Positions 43,718 to 53,338 are shown, numbered from the stretch's first letter. The stretch is DNA of 64,000 nucleotides from Vitrella brassicaformis CCMP3155 (GCA_001179505.1 CDMY01000467.1:7041-71040), one strand, 5' to 3'. Notes: generated by a model not told the origin, from the sequence alone. Made by a program: numbers and translations.

Positions 43718-43999
43718 ATGGCCAGATCACGTTGGAAAGCCACTCATTTAAGTTTGGGTTCGATACGAACTCTAGCGCACCTGCAATTCAGCAGAAAAAA
43801 GCAGAGCTCAGTATTAGTGTGGTCCAGACAGGCAATTGTTACTCCCGGGATGCTGGGCTTAACCATTGAGGTGCACGATGGACAGAAGCATGTTCCAGTC
43901 TATATAACGGACAATAAAGTCGGATATAGACTGGGTCAATTTGTGCCTACAAGAACGTTTCGCTCTCATCTGAAAAAAGACAAACGCGGGAAGCGTTAA
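43718..43999 (+). CDS. rps19: 30S ribosomal protein S19
   Basis: WSRQA...P.MLGLTIEVHDG..HVPVYIT...VGYRLGQFVPTRTF. Confidence 0.92.
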   Translation: MARSRWKATHLSLGSIRTLAHLQFSRKKQSSVLVWSRQAIVTPGMLGLTIEVHDGQKHVPVYITDNKVGYRLGQFVPTRTFRSHLKKDKRGKR

Positions 44000-44066
44000 T
44001 AGTTAATACCAACAGTTTTGCTCTGTGTAGTGTTCGATGTCCAAGAATCGCCTTGTTGATATAAAC

Positions 44067-44810
44067 ATGGGACAAAAAATTAATCCTGTTGGCCTGAGAG
44101 CCAAGCTAGTAAACCGGTCAGGTGGATGGTATGCTCCACTTTCGTCAAAATTTAAACTTAGCTCCGATTATGCTAACAAACTCCATACAGACTTTGCTCT
44201 TCGCCAGGCTGTTCAGTCTTTGGCAACCTCATTGGATTTGGTCCAGGTCAAAGTGTTCTTAACACAGTCTAACAGACTCATTCTTACGCTGTTTCTTCCT
44301 TATCCGGACTATTTATACATGAATTTGAGTCCGCGCGTACACCCCACTATTACTCAGACATTCAAGATAAGTCATGCCAGCAATTTGAAAGAGTCCTTAA
44401 AGACCTTGCTGGATTGGCCACGAAACCTACAAGTAAGGCTGCGGGCTCGAAAAATCTTTCTTTCGCAGCCTGTTAGTGTACAGATAAAACTTGTAAAAGC
44501 ATCTTATCACCGTCCGGATTTTTTAGCTACCGCTATTCAGGCCAGCCTTCAGAAACGCGTTGCTATTCGCAGAGCCGTCAAGCTGTGGGCTCAGACTGCT
44601 TTAAATCAAAAGGTAGGTAGTTTTCGCGTTCAGGGAGTCCGAGTCCGGCTGTCGGGAAGATTAAATAACGCCGAAATGGCTAGCAGTGAGCAGTTAAGTT
44701 TTGGTAAGGTCTCTTTACATACTATTTCGGCTCCAGTTGACTATTGTTGCCGTCATTACCGCACTTCGTCTGGTGTTCTGGGGATAAAGGTTTGGGTAGC
44801 TCGATACTAA
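44067..44810 (+). CDS. rps3: 30S ribosomal protein S3
   Basis: MGQKINPVGLR, SGRLNNAEMA, LHTISAPVDY, GVLGIKVWV. Confidence 0.92.
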   Translation: MGQKINPVGLRAKLVNRSGGWYAPLSSKFKLSSDYANKLHTDFALRQAVQSLATSLDLVQVKVFLTQSNRLILTLFLPYPDYLYMNLSPRVHPTITQTFKISHASNLKESLKTLLDWPRNLQVRLRARKIFLSQPVSVQIKLVKASYHRPDFLATAIQASLQKRVAIRRAVKLWAQTALNQKVGSFRVQGVRVRLSGRLNNAEMASSEQLSFGKVSLHTISAPVDYCCRHYRTSSGVLGIKVWVARY

Positions 44811-44877
44811 AAGAAACAAAATATTTCAGAATTGGCGTAGTGTTTAATGTGGGAAAGCTCAAAATAAAACTAAGAAA

Positions 44878-45288
44878 ATGCTGCAACCCAAAAACGCGAA
44901 GTTTCCAAAACAACAAAGAGGTAGGTTGAGAGGTAAGGCTTCTTCGGGCCAGTTTTTAGAATTCGGTGTCTGGGGGCTACAAGCTAGAGAATCGGGGCAC
45001 CTAACTGCCAAACAAATAGAATCTGCTCGACGAGTAATAGTCAGGAGAACTCGTCGTGTAGGAAAGCTGTGGATCAGAGTTTTTCCCGACAAGCCTATCA
45101 CTGCTCGAGTAGCCGAGTCCAGGATGGGCTCAGGAAAAGGCGCGGTGGACCACTGGGCGGCTGTGGTCAAAAAAAATGACGTCCTGTTTGAGTTGACCGA
45201 CGTAGGCTTTGATTTGGCCTTGGAAGCGTTTCGTGCTGCGGCATTCAAGTTCGGAATCTCAACAAAAATTATCTATCGTTCTCTTTGA
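44878..45288 (+). CDS. rpl16: 50S ribosomal protein L16
   Basis: MLQPKNAKFPKQQRGR, WIRVFPDKPIT, RMGSGKG. Confidence 0.96.
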   Translation: MLQPKNAKFPKQQRGRLRGKASSGQFLEFGVWGLQARESGHLTAKQIESARRVIVRRTRRVGKLWIRVFPDKPITARVAESRMGSGKGAVDHWAAVVKKNDVLFELTDVGFDLALEAFRAAAFKFGISTKIIYRSL

Positions 45289-45377
45289 GGACCCCGATCC
45301 TGTGTGAAAACAAAGTATACCGTAGTGTGTTTTGAAATGAGCAACAATTTTACTGTGGGTATCATTTCGGCCCAAAC

Positions 45378-45629
45378 ATGGTTAGCGAGTTAGTAGGTTT
45401 TGTGACCAGTGTGTCAATGAATAAGACTATTACGGTCCTTATACCGATTAAGGCTAAGGACCCAGAATATGAAAACGAAACATTGAGAAGCAAAAGTGTT
45501 TTAGTGCATGACGAACGTCAAGAGGCTGAATTAGGGGACTGTGTGTTGGTTGAAGTGACTCGCCCTCAAAGTCGAAGGAAAAACTGGAAATTAATAAGAT
45601 TGTTACCCCGAACCTCACTTAAAACATAG
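45378..45629 (+). CDS. rps17: 30S ribosomal protein S17
   Basis: GFVTSVSMNKTITV, VHDE..EAELGDCVLV...RPQSRRKNW. Confidence 0.9.
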   Translation: MVSELVGFVTSVSMNKTITVLIPIKAKDPEYENETLRSKSVLVHDERQEAELGDCVLVEVTRPQSRRKNWKLIRLLPRTSLKT

Positions 45630-45698
45630 TAGTGTTTGACGCAACCTCGAGTGGAGTTGAATCCAGAACGGTGAAGTTACATAAAAGCTAAGATTGAA

Positions 45699-46064
45699 AT
45701 GGTCCAAAAACAAACTAGGCTCCTAGTGACAGATAATAGCGGCGCAAAGCAAATACTTTGCATCGGTATTATAAGCAGCAAAGGGAAGACAGCCACTGTT
45801 GGAGACGTAATTCTGGGTGTCGTAAAAAATTCTTATCCTGATATGCCAGTTAAGAAGTCAGACCTTGTTAAAGCCGTAGTGGTGCGAACCAAAAAGCCCA
45901 TTAACAGACCAGATGGATCCCAGCTCTACTTCAGTGACAACGCCGCTGTAGTGGTGAACAACAATTATGATCCCGTAGGGTCACGTATTTTCGGGCCTGT
46001 GGCACGAGAGGTGAGAGACAAAAAAATGCTGAAGTTAATTTCTCTGGCTGAGGAAGTTCTGTGA
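45699..46064 (+). CDS. rpl14: 50S ribosomal protein L14
   Basis: DNSGAK, DNAAVVV, GSRIFGPVARE. Confidence 0.97.
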   Translation: MVQKQTRLLVTDNSGAKQILCIGIISSKGKTATVGDVILGVVKNSYPDMPVKKSDLVKAVVVRTKKPINRPDGSQLYFSDNAAVVVNNNYDPVGSRIFGPVAREVRDKKMLKLISLAEEVL

Positions 46065-46115
46065 AGGTAAATTTTACCGACTTTTTAGTTAGAAAACCGC
46101 TGCTTTTCATACTCG

Positions 46116-46655
46116 ATGCTTACCCAATCTATAAGAGACATACAAAAACCACGTATCCAGGGAAAGGGCTCCTTCAGGGAACGTGTGTGCACACCCAAGC
46201 TCACGAAAGTAATTGTGCACAGAAGTCTAGGAATAAAAGCTCAAGATAGTAAAGTGTTAAAACAAAGCATAGAGGAATTCCGATCAATTACGGGACAGCA
46301 ACCAGTTTTAACCCGGGCAAAAAAGTCCATAGCCGCCTTCAAAGTGAGAAAAAATATGGTCACAGGTATGAAAGTCACCCTGCGCGGACAAAAAATGTAT
46401 GCCTTCGTCGATAAACTAATTCACCTGGTTCTTCCTCAAGTTAAAGATTTCCAAGGATTGAACTTACGGCAATTCGATGAATTTGGCAACTATCATTTAG
46501 GATTCACAGACCAAGGTGTGTTCCCCGAGCTAGAGGTTGATTTTCAAGAACTCAAGCTTGGCTTGGAAGTCAGTTTTATAACCAGTGTTGTAAATAGCGA
46601 CAAAGCGCGTCAATTGTTTACCGATATGGGCTTTGTTTTCCAGACAAAAAGATAA
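46116..46655 (+). CDS. rpl5: 50S ribosomal protein L5
   Basis: ITGQQPVLTRAKKSIAAFKVR, GMKVTLRGQKMY, FDEFGNY. Confidence 0.95.
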   Translation: MLTQSIRDIQKPRIQGKGSFRERVCTPKLTKVIVHRSLGIKAQDSKVLKQSIEEFRSITGQQPVLTRAKKSIAAFKVRKNMVTGMKVTLRGQKMYAFVDKLIHLVLPQVKDFQGLNLRQFDEFGNYHLGFTDQGVFPELEVDFQELKLGLEVSFITSVVNSDKARQLFTDMGFVFQTKR

Positions 46656-46704
46656 GTCCTTGTTGTTGTTTCGAAAGGAATTCGGGTCATCTAAAAAAGC
46701 CTAG

Positions 46705-47106
46705 ATGGATCTTGTCTCAGACGCTTTGTGCCGAATAAAAAACGCTTATCGAGCTAAACATACTTTGACGTTACTGCCTGCCTCTTTAGTGGTTTTTAGA
46801 ATCTGTACAGTGATGGCGGCCAGAGGGTTTGTAGACTCGGTGCGATGGCTTTCGTTACGCTCTACGGGAATGCAAGATAAAATAGTGGTAACTTTTAAAT
46901 ACTCGGGAGTGCGCCGCGTCTCTGCTATAAAGGGCCTCAAGCGCATAAGTAAACCTGGAGCAAGGTTATATTTACCCAGCCGCCGGCTCCCTCGGCTTTT
47001 AGGCGGTTTGGGCTTAGTGATAGTCTCCACTAGTTCGGGAATAATGTCGGTTTCCAGAGCCAAAAGCTTAGGCATAGGGGGTGAAGTGGTCTGTTATGTT
47101 TGGTAG
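46705..47106 (+). CDS. rps8: 30S ribosomal protein S8
   Basis: D.LCRIKNA, KRISKPGARLY, IVSTSSGIMS, IGGEVVCYVW. Confidence 0.95.
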   Translation: MDLVSDALCRIKNAYRAKHTLTLLPASLVVFRICTVMAARGFVDSVRWLSLRSTGMQDKIVVTFKYSGVRRVSAIKGLKRISKPGARLYLPSRRLPRLLGGLGLVIVSTSSGIMSVSRAKSLGIGGEVVCYVW

Positions 47107-47148
47107 ACGAGTGGGATATTAAGATAGTGCTTAAAGAATTTCATTGAC

Positions 47149-47724
47149 ATGCCCAGAAAAGCCAATATTATTAATCGCCGTAGCCTTAATTTGGTTTCTA
47201 AAGCGGAGGCTGTGTCGTGCGCTTGGATATTAGATCGGTACGCAGGACGGGCTCGGGTAAAAATAGAAAACCAAGTCCATGCTTTGCAGCGAGATATCCC
47301 GGATCTAGTGACCTGCTGCAACGGTAGGTGTTTTATATACTTTTCTAAAAAAGATGAGTCGAAAAAAGCCCGACAACTTCAAGGTACTTTGTCTAAAGTG
47401 CTAGCGAATATAATACAAGGTATAGCTGTAGGTGCAGAAGTTAAGCTCCGATTAAATGGCGTCGGCTATAAGGCGAAAGTTGAACAGCAAAAACTAATTT
47501 TAGATGTGGGCTTTAGTCACTCTGTAAACATACCGATTCCACCGGACATAACAGCTTCTTTGCCAGACACTACCAGTATTACTTTGTCGGCTACAAATAA
47601 AGAAAAGTTGGGTGCGTTTGCAGCCAAGTTAAGGCAAGTACGTCCTCCCGAACCATATAAAGGTAAGGGAATTCAGTATGTTACGGAAAGTGTTAGTCTG
47701 AAGTCCGGTAAATCGAAGCGTTAG
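47149..47724 (+). CDS. rpl6: 50S ribosomal protein L6
   Basis: LNGVGYKA, LDVGFSH, RPPEPYKGKGI. Confidence 0.94.
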   Translation: MPRKANIINRRSLNLVSKAEAVSCAWILDRYAGRARVKIENQVHALQRDIPDLVTCCNGRCFIYFSKKDESKKARQLQGTLSKVLANIIQGIAVGAEVKLRLNGVGYKAKVEQQKLILDVGFSHSVNIPIPPDITASLPDTTSITLSATNKEKLGAFAAKLRQVRPPEPYKGKGIQYVTESVSLKSGKSKR

Positions 47725-47762
47725 ATTATTAAGTTAGTTCCCTGCACAGTTCTCATAGGTAA

Positions 47763-48950
47763 GTGAGAAACTATTCGTTGTCGGTTGATCAGAGGCTAGC
47801 CGATCGTTTTTTTTACTTGGGGTTAATACTATTTTTTTATAAGTGGTTGTCCCAAGTCCCGATTCCTTTTTTTTCCTTGAACTTACTTTTAGACCAGCTC
47901 GGCTCTTTGCCACAATTGAATTCAACTCAGTTGAGTCCGGTGTTATCGGTGAGCGCAGCGGGAATTGCACCTTACCTGTACGCCTCCAGCATTTTAGAGT
48001 TTGCAACATTGAGTATTCCCAGTCTAAAAAAAAACAGGGAGCTCGGCGGCTCTGCTTGGGTCAAGCAATTAAATTTGTGGAAGCGTTATCTAGCCACAGG
48101 ATTCATAGTAGCTAGCTCTTGGCAAAAATGTTATGGGTTGAGCTACGGTCTATTTAGCATTAACACGTTGGATTTTATGATCTTGATGTCGGTTTTTGTA
48201 TCGGGCGGGTTATTCGTCATATGGATGGCAGAAACGTTGAGCATTTACACGCTGAGCATCGGGTCTAATATATTGATTATGTTTGATATTTTAAGTGATT
48301 TAGGCAGGCTATCTCTATCGCAGTTATTTAGTTTCAAAGCCGGAATTTTATTATTTGTTGTTCTCTGGGGAAGTCTTGTGCTAACCGAAGCCCAGCGAAA
48401 ACTACCTTTGGTAGTCTCTCGTCTGACCGGAGAGAGCTCAAGCGAGTTACCTAGAGCCAGGGAGGACCGGCCTGCAATTGATGATTATCTATCAATTTCC
48501 ATTGTTCCGGGAGGCTCGACTCTGTCCATTCTGACCTTAGCTCTGTGCTTGTTTGTGGTAGGTTTTTTAAAGTCGTCTTCATCGCTAGTGCTACAACTAG
48601 CTGCGACTGCGGCCACTTTGCTCGTTTACTACCTAGTATCAAAAGCTTTCGTTGACTTTGCCTTGAATACGGAAGAAATAACAAAATCTCTAAGAAAAAT
48701 GTCTGTCAGTCTTTACGGGATCAAGTCAGGTCCCTCAACTCTCAAGTATCTTAATGATGTCAAAGCAGTACTATTTTTGATCCCATTCCTAAGCACGGCC
48801 TTTTTTATTTTGGCTCCGTTTTTAAGTAGCATCTACATAAAAAATTCGGAAAATCCCGTCTTTTCGTTTGTCCCTTCCCTGTTTCTGATTTACAGTATTT
48901 ACAATGACCTTTTTTATAAAGTATCCGCTTATCTAAAACTAGACGATTGA
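47763..48950 (+). CDS. secY: Preprotein translocase SecY (very divergent; GTG start)
   Basis: SVSAAGIAPYLYASSILE (cf. SIFALGIMPYITASII), KQLNLWKRY, GGLFVIWMAE, GIKSGPST; multiple hydrophobic helices. Confidence 0.82.
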   Translation: MRNYSLSVDQRLADRFFYLGLILFFYKWLSQVPIPFFSLNLLLDQLGSLPQLNSTQLSPVLSVSAAGIAPYLYASSILEFATLSIPSLKKNRELGGSAWVKQLNLWKRYLATGFIVASSWQKCYGLSYGLFSINTLDFMILMSVFVSGGLFVIWMAETLSIYTLSIGSNILIMFDILSDLGRLSLSQLFSFKAGILLFVVLWGSLVLTEAQRKLPLVVSRLTGESSSELPRAREDRPAIDDYLSISIVPGGSTLSILTLALCLFVVGFLKSSSSLVLQLAATAATLLVYYLVSKAFVDFALNTEEITKSLRKMSVSLYGIKSGPSTLKYLNDVKAVLFLIPFLSTAFFILAPFLSSIYIKNSENPVFSFVPSLFLIYSIYNDLFYKVSAYLKLDD

Positions 48951-49031
48951 TCCTACAAAAGCCTGTAGTGTTGGAAGTTTATTGGAACACATAGAAAAGG
49001 CTCCTCAGAGCAAAAGTTAACCTCCGACTAC

Positions 49032-50726
49032 ATGACAGTGAGATTCACAAAGAAACCCAAGACAGGCCTTAGATTTTCAGCTGTTTTGTCTAGAAAACTT
49101 TCGCGTTACAAAACTCCTACTCTCAATCCTGAGGCGAGGCCGACGAGTGGCCCTGCTCGGCCTTTACCAAGTCATTCTAGAAGCCCTTCGACCTCGACAA
49201 GCTACTGCACTTTTACACGCACGAAAAGGATTTTAAGGCATCTGTCCCAGCCTTCTGCAAACATCGAAAACAAGGCCCTGCTGCACGATTATATTCAGAT
49301 GCTCTCGGGGACGAACATGTGTTACTCCGTTCCTGATTCGAGCCGAGAGCTCTTTGGCGTAAAACGTTTGTCTATGTGCCGATTGAAGGAAGCTAAGTTG
49401 CACAGAAAGCTTACCGCAAAGTTGAGCTACGCTTTATCCGGTGACTCTGGTCTTTCGCGGGATGCTTTACAGTATAAGAAGCTATTTGAGCATCGTCTAT
49501 ATTCTAAGCTTATGGATAAGCTTCGTACACGAGGAGCTGCCTTCTCTGCAATTACTGAGTCTCACTTAGACGACACCGTTCAAAGAACGGATCTCAGAGA
49601 ACAGTATTTGTTTTCAGGACTTACTTACCTGAGCGCCACTGGCCGTAGATCGGAGTTTGTGACAAATCTTCCGCGTCTTAAAGAACTGATTCGTCAAAGC
49701 AGAGAGAACATCCAATTTATTTTACTCGAACTTGGCCTCACTCAAGCTGCACGGACACGAAAGCTTTATCCGTCTACCTCTGCTGTGACATCGGACAGAC
49801 GAATAAGAGCCTTGCGAAAAGTTCTGCGTATCCTTAAAAAAGTGGGCCGCTCCGAGTCGCCTCTGACCGCTTTAATTGCTAACGCATCTGGAGTGAGAGT
49901 GTCCCGACTGTCTGAACTTTTGGCAAACAGAATGTTTTCTTTGGCTGCTTTATCTACTATATCAACCAAGCCTGGCAAGACGTCAGAAAAACCGCACAAA
50001 TCACTCTTTAAACTCCTTAGTCCGATGAGTCTGCAGCCGCTCACAGCGGCCCAGTCGTCATCCACGGAAAAGGAAAGAAGCTTAATAAATTCTTTAACAT
50101 TCAAAGATATTACTAGACGCGGCGAGTTGGAAGTACGTCAAGGTGACTTGGCGAGCACATCCTTTGGTCAGCAAAGGGCCCAGCGAGAGCTGCCACAAAA
50201 GCATCCTATTCTGCAGGAAGTTCTGGAATACCGGGGAGTCTCACGAACGAGGGCTGGAGGGCGGTCTAGGAGATTTAGGGTCTTACTGGTCATAGGTCGG
50301 AAGACGGGCTGGGTAGGTGTGGGCTTGGGAAAACATAAATACATTCCCGAGGCCATACAGAAAGCCAAGCGAGACGCCGCTAGAAACATATCTTTTCTAA
50401 GACGAACTGCAGTAGGAAGTATTTCTAATACAGTGAAAGGCAAATTCAAGAAGGCCCACGTCCTCTTGAAGCCCCTGCCCGTAGGATCAGGGATGATGAC
50501 TGGTTCTTGTTTAAAGAACGTCCTCGTCTTAGCAGGATATAGTAACGTTTGGGGACTCCAGATGGGCACGCCCAATAAAATATGCAATGTGAAAGCAGTT
50601 TTAGACGCATTAGGTCAATTGCGTTCAGATGTGGAGATTATAGGTGCGCGACAGAGTAAGCGTGACGACACGAAACCACAGGAGAGTCTTGTGTGCGCCC
50701 TAAAATTATATGCGGAAACCCGGTAG
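49032..50726 (+). CDS. rps5: Ribosomal protein S5 (C-terminal ~170 aa) fused to a ~390-aa N-terminal domain with sigma-70-like motifs
   Basis: C-terminal VSRTRAGGRSRRFRVLLVIG...VGVGLGK...AIQKA, LKPLPVGSG, VLVLAG. Confidence 0.88.
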   Translation: MTVRFTKKPKTGLRFSAVLSRKLSRYKTPTLNPEARPTSGPARPLPSHSRSPSTSTSYCTFTRTKRILRHLSQPSANIENKALLHDYIQMLSGTNMCYSVPDSSRELFGVKRLSMCRLKEAKLHRKLTAKLSYALSGDSGLSRDALQYKKLFEHRLYSKLMDKLRTRGAAFSAITESHLDDTVQRTDLREQYLFSGLTYLSATGRRSEFVTNLPRLKELIRQSRENIQFILLELGLTQAARTRKLYPSTSAVTSDRRIRALRKVLRILKKVGRSESPLTALIANASGVRVSRLSELLANRMFSLAALSTISTKPGKTSEKPHKSLFKLLSPMSLQPLTAAQSSSTEKERSLINSLTFKDITRRGELEVRQGDLASTSFGQQRAQRELPQKHPILQEVLEYRGVSRTRAGGRSRRFRVLLVIGRKTGWVGVGLGKHKYIPEAIQKAKRDAARNISFLRRTAVGSISNTVKGKFKKAHVLLKPLPVGSGMMTGSCLKNVLVLAGYSNVWGLQMGTPNKICNVKAVLDALGQLRSDVEIIGARQSKRDDTKPQESLVCALKLYAETR

Positions 50727-50773
50727 CGTTAAGTTAGAATTTAAGGTATATTCCGGTGATACTATTTAATCTC

Positions 50774-51166
50774 ATGCGTTTTATGGCCAGCCCTAAGGGA
50801 GCTCTGACAATTACGTCTTCTCGATTACGATTGGAAGGAGTCCTGCTTCCTTCTAGTCAACATATTAAACACGCGCTCACAAACCTCAAAGGGATACAGC
50901 ACGGCAGGGCTTCCATATTGTTATTACGAGCCAGGCTAAATCCTAAGAGGCGTGTAGGATTGTTGACGAACGAGCAAGTAAAGCAGCTGCGAACTTCTTT
51001 TTCTAACGCCAGTTTTTCCACTGAAAACGTACTTATGCGAAGCTTTTTTCTGTCAAAACAAAGGCTATACGAGGCGCGTTTAATTCGAGGGGTGCGGCTT
51101 CGAAGACGACTTACTAATAGAGGACAAAGAACTAAAAACAACAACAAAACTATAAAAAGATTTTAA
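50774..51166 (+). CDS. rps13: 30S ribosomal protein S13 (divergent; start uncertain)
   Basis: RLEGVLLP....I..ALT...GI; [19 protein letters not shown]. Confidence 0.85.
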   Translation: MRFMASPKGALTITSSRLRLEGVLLPSSQHIKHALTNLKGIQHGRASILLLRARLNPKRRVGLLTNEQVKQLRTSFSNASFSTENVLMRSFFLSKQRLYEARLIRGVRLRRRLTNRGQRTKNNNKTIKRF

Positions 51167-51231
51167 AGTATCAAAGTGGCCTCTGTTCCTTGTCTTTGCA
51201 CATAATAGGAAGCGTTAAATTGAAGACAATG

Positions 51232-51345
51232 ATGAAAGTACGATCTTCGTTAAAGCTGAGATGCGCCAAGTGTAAAGTCGTTCGCCGTTCGAACAAGATA
51301 TATGTCTTGTGTCAAAACCCGAAACACAAGCAAAGGCAAGGATAG
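51232..51345 (+). CDS. rpl36: 50S ribosomal protein L36
   Basis: Hand translation [37 protein letters not shown]. Confidence 0.96.
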   Translation: MKVRSSLKLRCAKCKVVRRSNKIYVLCQNPKHKQRQG

Positions 51346-51389
51346 CTCTTGTGGTATTTTACCATATAAAAAAGAACGCTTTATGTGAA

Positions 51390-51899
51390 ATGAGACGTTA
51401 CCCAATGCTGCGTGACAAGGGAGGAGCTTCTAAACCCTTTGTGCCCCAACCGTTTAAGTCTAACCTGATGGCCCGTTTCGGAAAAACAACTAGCAAGATA
51501 GCAGTTGTATATGTTTACGTCACCCGTCAAAATGTGATTCTGACGTTAGTGGATTTGAAAAGTCGAAAAGGATGGCTAGACACTATTGATCGAAAACGCA
51601 GTTTTCTTGTTCGAACTGTAGCGTGTGTTTCTTCGGGACAATGTGGATTTCGAGGAAAGAGAAAAACGGCACCCTTTGCCATAAATTTGACTACCAAAAA
51701 ACTGTTGAAATCGGCCTCGGATCTGGGCTATACGCACTTACGCTTGGTTCTTAGGGGGAATGGGTATAATCGAGAAACCATTTTGAAGACATTTCTGCGC
51801 GCAAAAACCAAACAACATAGAATTCCCATTTTGTCTGTGACAGACGTGACTTTAGCTCCGCACAATGGGTGCCGGCCTAAGAATAGAAAAAGAAGGTAG
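51390..51899 (+). CDS. rps11: 30S ribosomal protein S11, N-terminally extended
   Basis: NVILTL, SSGQCGFRGKRKTAPFA, GNGYNRE, DVTLAPHNGCRPKNRKR. Confidence 0.92.
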   Translation: MRRYPMLRDKGGASKPFVPQPFKSNLMARFGKTTSKIAVVYVYVTRQNVILTLVDLKSRKGWLDTIDRKRSFLVRTVACVSSGQCGFRGKRKTAPFAINLTTKKLLKSASDLGYTHLRLVLRGNGYNRETILKTFLRAKTKQHRIPILSVTDVTLAPHNGCRPKNRKRR

Positions 51900-51950
51900 T
51901 TGAAACGAATGCAAGCTAGCTTTAAAAAACAAACCTTTAGATAGCTTACT

Positions 51951-52160
51951 GTGGCAAAACGAAATCTTCACCCCCAATGGTTTCCTCAAACGCAAGTATT
52001 TTGCGATGGCGTGCTGGTTATGGTGACTGCAGCAACCAAGGAAAGGCTAACTGTAGACACCTGGTCTGGCAACCATCCCGCATACAAAAGTCAGGATGGT
52101 ATTAGTGTGCAAAAAAATCCTAACGTTCAGAGCTTTTTGAATCGGAGAGCCGGATACTAA
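51951..52160 (+). CDS. rpl31: 50S ribosomal protein L31 (GTG start)
   Basis: MAKRNLHPQWF...VFCDG.LVM...T...L.VDTWSGNHP. Confidence 0.9.
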   Translation: MAKRNLHPQWFPQTQVFCDGVLVMVTAATKERLTVDTWSGNHPAYKSQDGISVQKNPNVQSFLNRRAGY

Positions 52161-52166
52161 TGGTTA

Positions 52167-52916
52167 TTGTGTCTAAAGGACTTCCACTTAGCGCTTCTAC
52201 TTGGCCCAGCACACATGTTGCGTATCCACCCGCAGGCCGTCACGTCCCACCACCAGGGAGGCTGTCTTTCTGTTCTCTATTGTCACGCTCCTGAAATTAG
52301 TTTTGTCCCTCTCTGCCTAAATGCTGTTCGTCGAACTCTGCTGAGCTTTTCAACACAATTAAAACTTGTTGGGGTAAAAATAAATAGCTCTAGAAACACT
52401 TACCCCTGGTGCATGTTCTCGGGGTGCCGGGATAGTTATTTAGATTTAATAAGCCGACTTCAACGACTATCGGTCCGCATTCGAGAAACTTCTCTGTGCT
52501 ACGTTCTTCAGTTAAAAAGTTCAGGGCCTCTAGTGGTGGTAGCCGGTCATATGATCACGCCCCCCACTCTGGAAATCCTTACACCTAACAAATACCTGAC
52601 TAGTTTGGCTGCTAAGTGCGCGCTAGACATGGAGCTAATTTTTTCTAGCTACGTTTTAGCTGTCCCGGTCTCTTATTGGGAAAAAACTACAGATTCCCAC
52701 GCGTCACCTTGTGGGCCTTTTTCTAGTTCTCACGTAACTTGCTCTTTTTACGGGTTTCGTCTAAATCTGCTGCCACGAAAAGAGTCTCACGAGCTGGCTA
52801 TATTTGAAGTTCTTGGCCCTGCCGCTTATGGATCCTGGAGTGTATTAGCAACTATTTGTTTAAAGCTTTTTCGTAACTTTAAAGGGATATCCAGAGTAGT
52901 GTTGACTGACACTTAG
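52167..52916 (+). CDS. rpoA: RNA polymerase alpha subunit, highly divergent, N-terminal domain only
   Basis: LNAVRRTLLS, VGVKI, GCRDSYLDLI..L, GPLVVVAGHM..PP..EI; position in the alpha operon. Confidence 0.75.
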   Translation: MCLKDFHLALLLGPAHMLRIHPQAVTSHHQGGCLSVLYCHAPEISFVPLCLNAVRRTLLSFSTQLKLVGVKINSSRNTYPWCMFSGCRDSYLDLISRLQRLSVRIRETSLCYVLQLKSSGPLVVVAGHMITPPTLEILTPNKYLTSLAAKCALDMELIFSSYVLAVPVSYWEKTTDSHASPCGPFSSSHVTCSFYGFRLNLLPRKESHELAIFEVLGPAAYGSWSVLATICLKLFRNFKGISRVVLTDT

Positions 52917-52924
52917 GTATAGTA

Positions 52925-53338
52925 TTGAGTTCGCTAATTATTTTGAAAATTTATCACATAGATGCGGAAGGGATGAAATTAGGCCGCTTAGCTAGCGTAA
53001 TAAAAAAAACTGTTCTCTTTCATATAACGACTGCGACCGACCGCCCCTACAAATCTGTTCCCAACTACTTGATAGTTGTAAGCAACTGTTCGAAGATTTT
53101 GACTTCTCCAAACAGAATACGAAATAAGAAGTATTTTTTCCATTCCGGCTGCCCTGGGGGACTCAGAACTTTATCGTGGGGAGCGCTTAACTTGACCAAC
53201 CCAGAAAAAGTAGTAGAACTAGCTTTGCGCCGAATGTTGCCTAGCACAGTTCACTCTAAGAACATTTTGAGAAAGGTCCGCTTTCATCGCCATGAGTACA
53301 TGGAAAGAGAATCTTTGCGTATTATCAGACTACGCTAA
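52925..53338 (+). CDS. rpl13: 50S ribosomal protein L13 (divergent; TTG start)
   Basis: IDAEG..LGRLAS, K.YF.HSGCPGGL, PEKVVE.A.R.MLP. Confidence 0.88.
   Translation: MSSLIILKIYHIDAEGMKLGRLASVIKKTVLFHITTATDRPYKSVPNYLIVVSNCSKILTSPNRIRNKKYFFHSGCPGGLRTLSWGALNLTNPEKVVELALRRMLPSTVHSKNILRKVRFHRHEYMERESLRIIRLR

Noticed and set aside
49766-50587. 112-aa and 139-aa antisense ORFs inside the rps5 ORF
   Set aside because: Antisense shadows of a long coding frame, common in GC-balanced sequence
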